From assembly GCF_009914755.1 (NCBI RefSeq), contig NC_060937.1: 64,000 bases of DNA; one strand, given 5' to 3'. A model generated the notes under the pieces. It did not search any database and was not told where the DNA came from. It saw nothing but the letters and a program-made list of their open reading frames with translations. Position numbers and translations under genes: made by a program. Source of the DNA: the human T2T-CHM13v2.0 reference genome, Homo sapiens. Below are positions 29,715-43,787 of this stretch, piece after piece. Every line of letters starts with the position of its first letter. Within the stretch, counting starts at the first letter, position 1.

Positions 29715-29915
29715 TCTGATGTCTATGAACTTGGCTCCACCATTTATTAGCACTGTGGCAATAGGCAGGCTACTTAATTTCTATAAGCCACAGTTTCCTC
29801 ATCTATAATATGGGATAAAATAATACCTCATAGGACAGTTTTCAATATTAAGAAGATAAAGCACAAAAGCACTTAGCAGGGTGTTGGAAACACAGTAAGC
29901 AGTCAATAAATGGTG
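29715..29915 (+). mobile_element. MIR
   Basis: CAGTTTCCTCATCTATAATATGGGATAA...GCACTTAGCA...CAATAAATG. Confidence 0.75.
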
Positions 29916-32211
29916 GCTACAAAGGTTCTATCCTCTTACCATGAAACTCAAACCTAGTTCCTGGGGTCACACTGGGAATAGACTTCAACCTTCCCAAACC
30001 ATTCCCCTCCATCCCATGCTCCTTACAGCTCCTAAACAAAAGCCCATAAGTAGATTGAAGGGTTGTGGGGTGGGGAGGAGGAGAACGAAGGAAACAGATG
30101 GAAGGGCAGAGGCCCAGTGACACCTTTACTGCAGAGAAGGAATGAAATGACTCTGTACTGATTTGCATCTGGGGGTCCAGGGAAACTGAAGGAAGACAAG
30201 CTAATGAAGAAAGAGGGGAAGGTGGACTTTTTCCAAAGGGCCACTTCAAATTTGCAGAGGACTTTATAGCTGACAGGCCACTTTAACCTACATGAACCAG
30301 TCTTCACAGCAAAGAGCTGGGACCCGTGAGGAGAGGGCCCGTAGCCACACATGGAGTAGGCAGAGGGTCAGATGATGTGTTTCAGATCTGCAGACTCCCA
30401 TTCCAGTGCTCATTCCTCTTCATAGCCCTCTTTTACTTCTCTTGTCATTTATTCCCATTTGGGCCTAAGTACTAAACTGACCACAGAAAAGACAGATGAC
30501 AAAGATGATAGAAAACACAGGAAAGGGGAAGAAAGGAAAGTACGAGGAGTTAAAACGTTTTGAGAAGACAGAGCCTCAGGGAGCTTTGGGATTAAAATCA
30601 ATAACAGTATTTGCTGAATACCCCCATGGGAGAAATCCATGGGGGAACTATATAAGGAATAGTGTAATGATAGCGACTATGTCTTGAGGGTCTATTGTGT
30701 GCTGCTTGTTTCGTGTGCATTTTTTTTTCCTTTTACTCCTAACAACAGTCTTTCGAGGCAGGAGTTATTAACCCAATTACACCACGTGTCTCTAGAAGGC
30801 AAGGCCTCAGTCTTCTTTGTGTACTAACATCTATGTACTCACTGAAGAAGACTTGTAAAACATACTCATAGTCCTGGACATAGGAGTTCATGGTTTTGCC
30901 AGAGCTGTGAAGGAACCTTGAGGATGTCAGCCCTAACGAGTGGGGTGAGTACAGGAAAAATGTGATGTGGCCAATGCAAGGAAGGACACTGTTTCTCTTA
31001 CTACAATAAGAAAAACAACCCGACCAAATCAACCAACAAAACCAAGCAAGAGAAATCTGATGGTGAAGTGGCGAGGAAGCAGCAAAAGCTTCTTGCAGCT
31101 GGAGTTAGGGATGCGGATGAAAGGTGGATCAAGCCAACTGCAAGTGGGGGAGGCTGCTCAACCTGGGAAAGTGCTCCATCAGCTACTTCGCCCTCTCTTC
31201 CACTGCTGCAACGCTTTTTAAAGCGACAGTCACACGCTGCAGGATTCGGAAGCGGAAATGGTCTTTGCTCATTGGATGACAATCTAAATTCAGATCGAAA
31301 GAATGTGGTTGGAGACAGCTGGTGGAAATGGTCCCAGTCTTGTCTTCACTGGAAATGTCCAATGTCCACGTGCTGCTCGTTTCTCTTCTTATGAAGCGTC
31401 TCCCTGTCTCTCTGGGCCTGTCTCTGTTTCTTCCATCGCTTTTTTCCCCACTAAGTAACCATCCCGGCGCACTGTACCCAACTGGTCGAGGAACGCCCCT
31501 GCTGTACCCATCACTGCTGGCTGCCTCGGAGATTAATGCGAGCGACTCGGGTGGTTTATGAGAAGTGACACTTAATACCCAGCTTCTTGTATCTGCCGCC
31601 GAGCAGTTAACGTTAAAGCCCGCTCTGTACCACCGCGGATGTGACTGCTGTAAATACCACGGGGCAGGGCTCTCATGCTTCAGAAACACGTAAGCAAGAC
31701 GCACCGAGCCAGCCCCGGACACCCAATGACCCTGGACTGCGGCAAAGGGGGGGTGGGAAAGGAAGAGGGGAGGACCACTCGCTCTTCTCTCCTTCCTCCT
31801 CGCCCGGGCCGGAGCACGCCTTCCTCCCCGGAGGGCAGGGGAAGGTCGCTCCAGGTCGCTGGCACCTCCAGCGCCCCCGAAATCTGCAAATTCATCGCTC
31901 CCTTTCGTCTTCAGGCGAAGCCCTCCCGTCCGGAGTAGGGCCAGCCCCAGTTATGCATCTCCAGCCTTTAGCTGACTACTAAGGCGGATCCGACTTCTCC
32001 CCCATAACCAGGTTTTGATTCGCTTCCCCACCGCAGGGGTTCAGTCTCTGCTTTCGACTTTGCTTCTCAGTTGCACGCCCCGCAGTGTGGAGCTGCGCTC
32101 AAGTCTCGGCAACTTTCACCATCTTGACCCGAGAGTCGGGCCGTTTCTAAGACAATGTGAACAAAGAGGAGCAGGGGGAGGGAAGGGGGGCCCCGCGGGA
32201 GGGCTGTGGGC

Positions 32212-32213
<2 letters not shown>

Positions 32214-32251
<38 letters not shown>
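32214..32251. repeat. (GT)19 microsatellite in the promoter island
   Basis: Direct count. Confidence 0.97.
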
Positions 32252-32252
<1 letters not shown>

Positions 32253-32887
32253 GGGGGGCGCCGCGCTCCGCGCCCGCCGCCACTGGGGATCCGGGCGCAG
32301 GCAGGCTGTCCCGGGCGCAGAGCGCGCCGCCTCCAGTCTCTCTGGCGGGCCCGGCCCGGCAGGGCCCCTGGCGGCCCCCGGAGGCGGGTTTCTTTGTCCC
32401 TGACTCCCGCTGGGCGCGAAGGCCGCCGGCGGCTAACAGAAACCCGAGCCCGCGCAACGGAGCTCAGGCTTCCACGTGCGGCCCCGCAGGGCAGAGCAGG
32501 AAGGAGCGGCTGCAGCCCCGGGGCGCCCCGCAAGCATCCAGTGCCCGGCCCTCCCAGCTCCGCGGCGGGCTTCGGACGGTGGAGTGAGACACCAGAACTC
32601 GCCTTTCGCTTCCCCGAGCCGATGCACGGCTTGGGATGGCGCCGCTCGTCCTAAGCAGCGTGGTTTGAGGGCGAGAAGACGCCTACTGGAGCGCTCCCCT
32701 CCACCCAGACTCCCGAAGACGCGCGCCCGAGTCGAAGTCGGGGACAGAGAAGGTTCTCTGGCGCCCCCCTGCCGACTGCTTTGCGGCCGCCGGGACCCGA
32801 GCAGCGGGGCGGGACCTAAACATAGCCCCAACCCAAAGATGCCCAGCAGAACGCTCCAAACAAAACAGAAACGGTGGCCGCATCTGC

Positions 32888-32912
32888 GTGTGTGTGTGTG
32901 TGTGTGTGTGTG
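32888..32912. repeat. (GT)12 microsatellite in the promoter island
   Basis: Direct count. Confidence 0.97.
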
Positions 32913-33573
32913 ACGGGGGAGAGGAGTTGATCTTACCTGAAACATAGTTTGCGCTTCTGTGTGTGTGGCCGAAGAATGGAAGAGAAACTGCCATGGCCAT
33001 CCGAGTCCATTAAATCAACTCCCCTTCCCTCCGACTCTCTCAACTCAGTCATATTCTATAATACAACGCAAGGTTACAGAGCCCCAGTGAAAACTAGTTT
33101 CCCAGTTTCACTCTGACCCTCCATCAATGTAGCCAGCCAGCTAGATTGTAGGTTACCGGCTTCTATTCTGCAGGAGAACTTTGAGTCTCGGGAGACTCAG
33201 GGTTTCTTCCTCCCGCCTCTCGCAGTGCATCTTTCATTTGCTTTTCTTTGTAAAGCCAGGGCTCCTCGACTGCCTCCCAGGAAGTCCTGCGCTCTGGCGC
33301 GCCGCACCTCGCCTGCCGCAGAGCGGCGCGGGCAGTAAGCCGGGCGCTAGGACCGCGGGGAGCCCGGGCTGCGGCGGCGCTACCTTAAACCCAGCCCAAT
33401 GCCGCTGCCTGCGCCACTCTGCGCGCCGGCGGGGGCTGCGCAGGAGGAGCGCTCCGCCCGGCTACAACGCTCCGCGAGCCGGCGCGGCAACACCTGTTCG
33501 CGGCAGCCTGGGCGGCACGCGAGCTCCCGGACGCGGCTCTCCTCGCTCGCCGCTCGCCACCCGTTCTAAGCCA

Positions 33574-33627
33574 ATGGACATCTGCCGAGCCTCTGGAGAA
33601 TCCTGGATACTAGCTTTGGACGCCTAA
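33574..33627 (+). promoter_or_regulatory. uORF MDICRASGESWILALDA* in the long 5'UTR
   Basis: First ATG after the presumed TSS (ccaATGg), ending at TAA. Translation not shown. Confidence 0.5.
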
Positions 33628-34099
33628 AGTTTCTTCTTCTTTTTGTTTTATTATTATTATCATTTTTTGGAGGGGGGACCGGGAGGGGAGATTTGTCGCC
33701 GCCACCAACGTGAGATTTTTTTTTCCCCTTGAAGGATTCATGCTGATGTCTGCAGAGTCGGTTAGAGAGTAAAAACAGCGCATGCCTTCCTGGAGTCAGG
33801 ATCCGTAAATTCTGACGTAGCCCGTGCATCTTAAAAATCCCTATAATAACGCCTAGGCATTTAAGTTGCTATGGTCATTCTGATCTCAAACCAAATGGAG
33901 AAACTACGGATTTTTTTTCCTTATTACGGTCGGATGGGATGAAGACCTTCCTGCCTGCTAAGAGCTGGGGATCTATCTATAGAGATACATAGATATGTTT
34001 ATCAATATGTCAGTGTGTGAGTATAAAGTGGTGGTTTCTTAGACTATCAGTGGTTTGACCTTGAACCTGTGCCAGTGAAACAGCAGATTACTTTTATTT

Positions 34100-34117
34100 A
34101 TGCATTTAATGGATTGA
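34100..34117 (+). promoter_or_regulatory. uORF MHLMD* in the FGF9 5'UTR
   Basis: ATG CAT TTA ATG GAT TGA, 153 nt upstream of and in frame with the main ATG. Confidence 0.75.
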
Positions 34118-34564
<447 letters not shown>

Positions 34565-35989
34565 TGACATGTTGAAATTATAACTACCAAGAAGGTGGTG
34601 GCCGGGTGGGGGACGTGGGAAGGGTTCTCCCCTCCTCCCCTCTTTCTCTGTATCTCTGTCTCTCTCTCTCTCTGTCTTGCCAGCTCCGAAAAAAAAATGC
34701 CTCCGGAATTGCAGATCTGCTGCTGGCACTGATGCAAGTATACACTGAAAGGCCCCCTACTTTTAATTTAAAGGGGGGCATAATTTATAAATATAATACA
34801 AGTTTCCAGTTCTTTTGCATCAGATACACGGGTTTAGGAAGTTTCTTTTGAATGGACTGATTGCACGAGTTTAAAGCTTTAATCATTAACTACTAAGAAC
34901 TTAATGCAGTTTCTTGAAGGCAGTGGGTATCTTGTGCCCAAATTAAGGTTTTTTTCCTTTCCCCCTTTCCTCTAGTAAGTATACTACTTGAATTGTATAT
35001 TAAGTGCATTGTTTATTCTCCCCTGTGAGGGTCTGAAAGCCCCATAGGCGAAGGTTGCTGACGGATTGTCCTGTTGGGAGGACTAAAGTCATATTTTAGG
35101 CTCCGTGAAAAGCAGGGGCAGAGGCTTGGGGGAAAATGACTTGGGAAGAGGCAGGGCGCTCAGGGGTTTTTGTCCTTCCAGCTATCAAGTGATAACCTCT
35201 GCTTTTAAATTTCCATAGTGTGCAGCCCTGTGTAGGTCTCCTGCGTGGCTCTCTGGTGTGAGTGTGTGCGCGCGTGCAAACGCTGCGAGCGAATTTTAAA
35301 GGGCATTCCGAGGATTTCATTTTTCAGCGGAGGGTATTTGTGACTCAGCACTGAGGGCTGCAGACTCGAGGGCTGGTGGCTCTGCCCACTTTATGCTTGC
35401 ACACACGTGCTTGCCGGGGCACCCTGAGCCCAACGGCACGAAGTCAACTAACACAGTCCCAATTGGGTGGACTCTTGAGTTTTTTCCTTACTTAAAAAAA
35501 AAAAAATAAGCGCCAGTTTGGGCAACTAGACTGTTGGAAGGAGTTAACTTCTGAGTGAACCCACCTGACAACACTTAAACTAGGTCGTAAAAAACAAAGT
35601 CCTCTGGTGATTTTTCTTCCTCATGCTTTAGTGCCAGATGTTGAACACAATCTAAACTGTATGTTTAGCTTCGTGCGGCTGCGGATGATGCCAGAAGGTG
35701 AGGAGGACTTAGGCCTGGGCTGGGGATGGTCCCAGATCCACGAGGCCCAGGATTTGCTCCTCATGCTCACCCCTGAGCCTAAGCCCACAGCTGAGCCTAG
35801 TAGTGTGAAATTGCTCCGGCCGTCTCCACTCGCTGCTTAAAAAAAAGTTATAGCTCTTTGCTTTGCAATTATTCAGTTGAAATATAACTATCCCCTCCCC
35901 ACCCCAGAAGTAAAGGTAGATTCTGGTTGTTGCAAAGAGAAGACTAAACTTTACTAAAAGTGCCGTTTCCATCTGGCCTCTTTAAGGGC

Positions 35990-37980
35990 TGCCACCCTGC
36001 CTAGCGTTCGATACCAGAACAACAGGCAGTGGGCGGCCCTGGGTGGGCGAGCGAGCGTGTCCGGGGCCGCGGCGGCCACCCGCAGGGTGTCGGGGCCGCG
36101 CCGACCGAAGCGAGCGGCGTGGGCGGCCGGCCTAGGTGTGCCAGGCGGCCGGAGCTCCAGCCCTCCCGCGCTCGCGGTCGGCAGGTGCCCGCTCGGCCGC
36201 CCGGGCCCCGCGGCGCACTTAGCGGCTGCCCGGCCGGCTCCGCGCGGTCCTAAACGCGCTCGCGTTCCGGCTCCCTTTCCGCCTGGCTCGGGTGCGCCCT
36301 TCAGTGCTGCGGGGACCACGGGGGCCGGGGGGCGGCAGGCAGGGGCTGACACACTTCTGGCCGCGTTTAGGGAATCCGGTTTTTCATTTTGGCCCAAGTT
36401 GAGCCCCTTCGCTTTCTCTTTGTGTGTGAGAGTGGGTCTGGCGGGGCTGACAGCCGCCGCCCTGGGCTGCACGGTGGTTTGCGGTGTGGGAACGGCTGGA
36501 GGCGCGCGCAGCGGCAGGAGAGTTGGTGGCGGGGACAGAGGACGGGCTGGAGGTCGGACCCCTGAGCTCCCCTGTCCCATTCCGTGTCCTTCTTCTGAAG
36601 CACGCAGCCGGGTTTTGGAGACTCGAAGGGCTCCGTGGTGCCCGGGAGGTGGGTCGGGGGCCCCTGGCCGGAGCCGCAGGGAAAGGAGTGGGGGTGGGGG
36701 GGACAAAGGGCCGCGGAGGCGGGCGGAGGGGGCGGCGTGCTATTGTTAACCGCTTTCCGAGAGCAGAGCTCGCGAGCTCGCCGATCGCGATCTGGCTTTC
36801 CCGCGCCCCCGCCTCCGCTCCGGCTTCACAACCGGGGGAGCCCGGGGTGTGCGCGGGAGCGCGGCGGGGGCGCACGGCTGCAGGGGCGCCGCGGCGGGCC
36901 CGAGCCGGTTTTATTGTGTGGATCAGCCGAGCCTGTCTTTGAGAGACCCTATTAGAACTCCGGTGCAGCACGACTGGGCCCTGGTGTGCAGAGATTATGG
37001 GATATTCTAGTTGGCGCTTCTTCACGCACCCCTTCCCTCCATGAGCATTTTTTTTTTTTGATGCAGTCACCTTTAGGATAGGACGTTTGCCACATGCAGT
37101 CGAGTCATTAGAAATCCCGTAACTCTGCCACTGGAGAGAGCGCGGATGCAAGGGCGGGGGCCACGCGGGAGGGGAGGGCAGGAGAGGCGCATTCTAGGGT
37201 GAGCGGATGAGGACAGCGGCGGGCTACAGTGGCTCAATAGAAACCGTTAAACAAAAAGCTAGACCCCTCACCCCTAGAGGTCAGAGAAAGGTGTTGTCAG
37301 GGAAGTGGCATCTCCACTCCTTAGACGCTCTCGGTACAGTGTTGGGGGGGATGTGGGGGCTGGGGGGGATGTGGGGGCTGGGGGGAGGGGCTAGGGGTAG
37401 TGTTGGATGGGAGGGGAGCGGAAGCCCCGGCCCAGGTTGGGGACTGGGGGCGCCGAGCCGCTAGCTAGCCCGTCGGCCTGGCGTCGGCCGAGGGGGAAGG
37501 GCGCTCTGGCGCTCCGCTGTGCCACTCACTCTGGCTGGGATGGAGTTGAGTGGGTGGCTGTGCGCAGTGGGGGTGGGGAAGCAGGGTGAGGCAGGAGGGT
37601 TATTTAAGTCTTTCATCCGGTTGCAGTGAGAAGCGGGCCCCCGGGGTGACAGCAGTGCCGCGGTCTCCCGCTGCTGCCGCTGCGGCAGGTCCCAATATTA
37701 GCAACCTCCGCAGAGCGGTGGTGCGTGTGCCGGGAGCCTCCTACCCTCGCCTTCCCAGCCCCGCCCGGAACGAGGCCGCGGCGGCGCTAGGACACCGCGG
37801 CTCGCGCGGGGAGGGCGGAGGGAGGGCACAGGCGCCGGGAGGGGGCGAGGGGGCTGCGGTGCCCCGGCTCTGGCACACCTGGCGCTCCCGCGCGCCGCCG
37901 CGGCCTCACCTTCGGCCCTCCTCCTCCTCCGGCAGCAGCCTCTCCTCCGCAGCCCGGCTCCCCTCTGGGGAGTTCGTCCT
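35990..37980. promoter_or_regulatory. Intron 1 CpG island
   Basis: Dense CpG and GC-rich sequence, typical of a developmental gene. Confidence 0.85.
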
Positions 37981-40679
37981 CACACTCAGTTTCTCTAGAA
38001 AAGAGTAACTGTAGGTGGGGGGTGCGGTGGGTTTACACCTTGATTAAAATAGAAGGTGCATTTTCTACCTGAAATCAAACAGCAGAAGGAAACGCGCTGG
38101 AAAAAGGATTTTTGCCGCCCCCATGCAGCCGCAGGTGACTGCAGCTGCTGGCAAGCTTGGCAGTGACACAGCAGCAGCAGTGCAGAGGACGTGGGGGTGG
38201 GGGAGTCTTACTGTTCCAGCAGGAGCTGCAGAGGTGACAACTTAGGTGGGACCTTGAAGGAGCCTTTTTTTTTTTTTTTCCCCCTCGGATTGGTGGTGTG
38301 GAGATAAGATTGAACAAGGAGAAAAGGAACTCGCAATTGTATCTCTGTGCAGTAGGCTGGGGGAGCGAGATGTCTTGTTTCATCTGTATATCTATATGCC
38401 TATATATAGAGCTCACTTTTAAAGCACTCCAGCCTTGCTAGATGGATAGAAATGTGAGCAGAAAATCATTTGGGGAAATAGTAATGTAAAATAATAAAAA
38501 CATGAACGCTGGGCCTGATCTGCTATTTAACTTGTTTAGGAAACCTAAGTCTGTTCCCTTTTTGGCTGGGGTTAGGTAGCTCTGAAAGGCCGGTCTTCAT
38601 CAGGACCTCAGATGAGCACCCAAACTGGGGCTTCCATTCAAATTGGGTCAGGTGAAGGTTTTACTAGAGGGGAGAAATATGATAGTATGATTTTTTTAAA
38701 CAGGTGTTTAAAACTTATTTCCAGGGTTTTGAACTTTAATTCTGTTCTATGTATCTGACTCTTCAATGTCTCAGGAAAACACTGGGTGTTTAAGGAGATG
38801 GTTTTAGGATTGCTTCAGGTTCTGGAAAAATTAGTGGAGTTATAACTCCCATTCAGTTAGTCATTTCCTATATAAACTCTATGAGATGTGCTCAGGTTGC
38901 TACAGATCCGAACTTACCCCGGTGCAGGATCTGAGATGGTTGATCTGGCAGCCCTGGTTCGAGCTTCTCTGGGTGAGCAGGAAGCTCTGCAGGGAAGAGG
39001 CTTAATCATTAATTTTCTGCAGCCTCATGCCCTGCCCCTCTCGACAGTCTGCCTACATTTGTGTGGTCTGAAGAGTGCGGTTCTGTAATGCGTTGGGGGC
39101 TCTTAAGCCAGAGAACCATGTCATGAGGGCCAGAGTGGAGCAGCTCTGACTGCCTTCCTCTCCCACTGCCTTGCCTGGCCTTGGAGGTGAGGCCCAGCAC
39201 AGATGGGCTCTAGGGGGCGGTGCCAGCTTTGGGATAATGGTCCATGTGAACAGAACTGGGGCAGCCCATCAGCTCTGGGGATAGTCACTAATAGTGAGTC
39301 TGGGGCAATGAGGAAGGTCCGGTGTGGTGATTTTCCTGAAATAGTCCAGGCATTGACCTGGTCTCTCATGGACCATGGATGATCTCACACCTCATCAAAT
39401 CCAATGGGGTCCCAATGAGCATATCCTCATTTGGAACTGTTGACTGCTGTGGAAGAGAACAAAGAAATGACAGCAGTCATCGACCCTGTGCTTCCCATGT
39501 CACCCTATCACTACCCATTACTGTGGGCCGTCTGAGCTAAGGATGTCAAGGCTGTGTCTGCCCAAAATGAGCGACAGGCTGCCATGGTACACATGTGTGT
39601 GCCACAGTTCTAATTTTAGGCACAAACTCATCATTCCCTCCCTTCCTCCTCCCCTCTTCCTTCCTTCTTTTCTTTGCTCTTTCCTTCTTTCCCTTTCTCT
39701 CTCCTTGATCATTAAACATTCAGATGTCTCTGCACAGAAGGCTTCTCCTGGCTGTTATTGATCCAGCCCCCTCTGCTGCCCAGTCATGTGAGCAGATAAC
39801 ATGTGGAGTGGGTTGTACTCAGGGAGTGTAGTTGGAAGCACTTGCCTGGCACCAGCTCCACCCCAGAGAGAGCTGAATGGACCTGGTTGAGGTTATAGAA
39901 TTTATTGTGGACAAGAGGGTACCAGGAATGATGAGGTTTCTGGTCTGGTTGGGGTGGGATCCTGTTGCGGGGTTGCTAGATCTTCCTGACCTTACAACAG
40001 TGGAATTCTTTGCATGGGGGAGAATGACTGTGACTCCTACGTTCAGTTGGTCTGCTTGTCCTTGCATCACTGAGGTGACCACATAAAAAGCTGGGCTGTT
40101 ATTTTGACGTCTCTATTTTTAAGGAACTGCGGAGAAATGGGTGGTGGTTTGAGGTGATGAAATCTTTTCCACCTGGGGTCTGTAGGTAGTTCCTTCTCGC
40201 TTGGATAGCTTTTTGGAGACTTATCTCAGGTATTTATTTTCTTGGGAAGCCTCTGACTTGCCTTCAGAAACCCAGATGAGCTGCCCATCTTTGGACTGCC
40301 CATACCCTGAACAGCTCCCTCTCAACTGCATTTGCCACACTGTTGTTATATTTATCTGTTTACGTGTTCTTCTTCCCAACAGATGGTGAGCAAAAATTTG
40401 AGGGTAATAGGACCTAGGCTATATCCGGTTCATCTTTATATACTCAATAAATGGTATGGTGCTTGGCTTATAATAAACCCTCAATAATAGCTTCTTGAAT
40501 GAAAAAGTGAACGAATATGAATTACAGCTGTCTTGTCAATGCCAGAAAAAGAAACGAGATAGATATCTTGATATCTTCATTTCTAAATTATATAGTAATA
40601 CTTTCAGAACTCAGCTATATGAAAATGGTACAGAAATCACAGAAACATTAAAAAAGGTAAAACCAAATGTAAGATGTGC

Positions 40680-40870
40680 ATAATAGTTAAGGAAATAGGT
40701 TTTGGAGTCCAGTTGCTTGGGGGCTAATTATTAACCTCCTTAAACCTCAATTTCCCCATTTGTACACTGGGGATTAGAATATTGTAATGCCTAGAGTTGT
40801 TCTGGGGATTAAATGAGAGACGGCCTCTCATTTGGCATAGACTAAATGCTCAAGAATTTTTACTATTACA
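40680..40870 (+). mobile_element. MIR
   Basis: CCTCAATTTCCCCATTTGTA...GGATTAAATGAGA. Confidence 0.6.
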
Positions 40871-41996
40871 ATTATCATTGCTGCTGCTGTTATTTTTTTT
40901 TCTTGATGTTCTGCAGACCAGCCAGTGAAAAGGTTTTGTGAAATCACATGCACCTTATTCTTTGTTGGACCTGATGGGCAACACTGGCTAATATTCATTA
41001 TTAGTCCTCAGCTACTCCGTGTGCAGGGAAAGCAGAAAGATCATCACATGCTCCCTTAGAAGCTGCAAATATTTTTTAGTTTTATGATTAAACCTTTCCT
41101 TATTGACCTGGTAAATTAAATCATTCAGACCTCAAAAGGGGCCAAATGTTTCCTGCATTTCATCTTACGACGAAAATTGAACATTAATTAACTCATTACA
41201 TTAATTTCAGGGTATGTATGACCCACATTTTGGTGTGCTTTCAGGTTACTAAGAAGATATTCACATACATGTGACTGCTAATAATAATAAAATGCCACAA
41301 TTTTAGTTATTTTGACTCAGAAGAATAGTACAATGAAATAAAATGCATCAAAAAGGGAGTGCATCTCATGAAAAATGAATCTCATGGAAATATTGCCTTA
41401 TTTATATTCCCATTTGCTTTTGAAGTAGGGAAGGCTAGTAATAAACTGGCTTCTTTTGCATGTATTCTCCATCATAGAGTCATAGATTATCAGATTCAAA
41501 ACACAATTTGTAATTTCACTTTTTTTGATATACTGTTTAACATCCTATTAAAATAATTACATTAAGCACAAGATAAATTTGTTACATTTTGTCCTTATAA
41601 AAGAATTAGGAATGCCCCTTTAGAAGAAATAGCTCTTCTTTTTTACATCACCTTGAAATAGTTTCCTCTTGAGTTAATCCTTTATTAGATTTATGCTGTT
41701 CATGTCTTCTTTTGATTGCAGTACCAGTGTATTTTGTGAGAGTTGCAGAATTAATTGTTGAAAAATTCATGTAAGTGCTTTTTTATTAGTCACATGAGAC
41801 TGACTATAGCACATTGTTACCCTAAGTTTTTTTCTGAACTCTTAAATGTAAGTAAAATTTTTAATATTTGAAAGTATTTTTAAAACAAGAACTCAATATT
41901 TGATATGCATTAATGTAAGGTCTACATAAAATGTAGCACTTTAATTTACAATAAAAAGGAAAAAATGGCTGAGTACAAATAATATTAGCAGTGTCC

Positions 41997-42317
41997 AGAC
42001 AGGCGCGGTAGCTCACGCCTGTAATCCCAGCACTTTGGGAAGCCGAGGCGGGTCGATCACGAGGTCAGGAGATTGAGACCATCCTGGCTAACACAGTGAA
42101 ACCCCGTCTCTACTAAAAATACAAAAAAAAAAAAAAAAAAAAAATTAGCCCAGCGTGGTGGCTGTCCCAGCCTGAAGTCCCAGCTACTCAGGAGGCTGAG
42201 GCAGGAGAATGGTGTGAATCCGGGAGGCGGAGCTTGCAGTGAGCCAAGATCGCACCACTACACTCCAGCCTGGGCAACAGAGTAAGACTCCATCTCAAAA
42301 AAAAAAAAAAAAAAAAA
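41997..42317 (+). mobile_element. AluY-like with expanded central A-tract (FGF9 intron 1)
   Basis: Full Alu with a central A22. TSD ATTAGCAGTGTCC. Confidence 0.96.
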
Positions 42318-43343
42318 TTAGCAGTGTCCTAAATATACTGTGGGCTAATCATCTTATAACCACACTGTAGTTACAGAAATTGAAACTGCTGTTGTGTGGC
42401 CATAAAATTCTGGATTTATGCCCAGCTTAGGTGTTATTCTTAGTGAGGTAAGCAAGGGGAAAGAAGGAAGTAAAATAAGATCATTGTGTCGATTTGATTT
42501 TGGAATACAGCATTCCATGCCTACTTTAAATCAAGAGCAGTATTTATCTCTTCAGAATATTATTATTTTAATTGCTTAACTATCTCTTTGAGGTTTAGAT
42601 AAGTATAGCAAAAACCAATACTTTGTTTAAGCAAAAATAATTGGGATGTATGTGGGCAGTTTTAGTTTTCTAGATAGAGTTAAAAAAAGTTAACACAATA
42701 GAGAGCTGGATAATTTTCTGTATAAACCAATCAAGGCTTTAGTTAGCACTTCATTCTCTTATTTTGAGAGACTATTCTCTAAACAGAATACTTTTTTTTT
42801 TTTTTGCTACTTAAACAGGTATTTATTTCTCCCAGTTCTAAAGGCTGGGAAGTCCAAAAGCAAGATACTCACACACAGATACTTAACTTCATGTTTATAA
42901 AGTGGAAATAGGTTGTCTTTTCTAAAAAAGTATTCTGTTTAGCGAATGGTCTTATGTCTCTCAAAATAAGAGAATCACAGACAGATGCTTAACTTCATGT
43001 TTACAAAGTGGATGTAGGTTGTCTTTGTCTTAAATTCTACTCTTTGAAGTTAATTAGATTATGTACACACTGGTTTTTCTGTCCTATTACTTCTTAGCAT
43101 ATCTATGTAGATACTAACTTTTTAATTTTTAAAATGTTTTGTTTTTTGTGTAAGTCATGTTGGTAAGTATTTTTGTGTCATTATGATAAGATAGAATTTA
43201 GTTGAAAATCAATTCTTTTACACAGTGATTTTCAAAGAGAAGACACTTCTTTAACTAGCGTGGGGTTATCCAAGTGGGGAGCTGGGCTTAGTGTCCTCTC
43301 CAAAACCCCAGGGATGCTGGGACTCTAAGGACATGCTCTGTGA

Positions 43344-43787
<444 letters not shown>

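Larger units (their letters stand above)
31450..33600. promoter_or_regulatory. CpG island / FGF9 promoter region
   Basis: Very high GC and CpG density relative to the flanks, with GC boxes (e.g. GGGGCGGGA near 32805). Lies immediately upstream of exon 1. Confidence 0.9.

Noticed and set aside
30967-31394. ORFs of 84-108 aa that might be a processed pseudogene or small gene
   Set aside because: No recognisable protein similarity, no poly-A or TSD, and non-ATG starts.
31183-33627. Many 100-190 aa ORFs across the promoter island
   Set aside because: Same GC artefact. Several read through (GT)n as CVCV or HTHT.
35954-37151. Long overlapping ORFs (230-255 aa) on both strands in intron 1
   Set aside because: Pro/Ala/Gly/Arg-rich, with no recognisable domain and open in several frames at once. 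This is the expected stop-codon scarcity of a CpG island.
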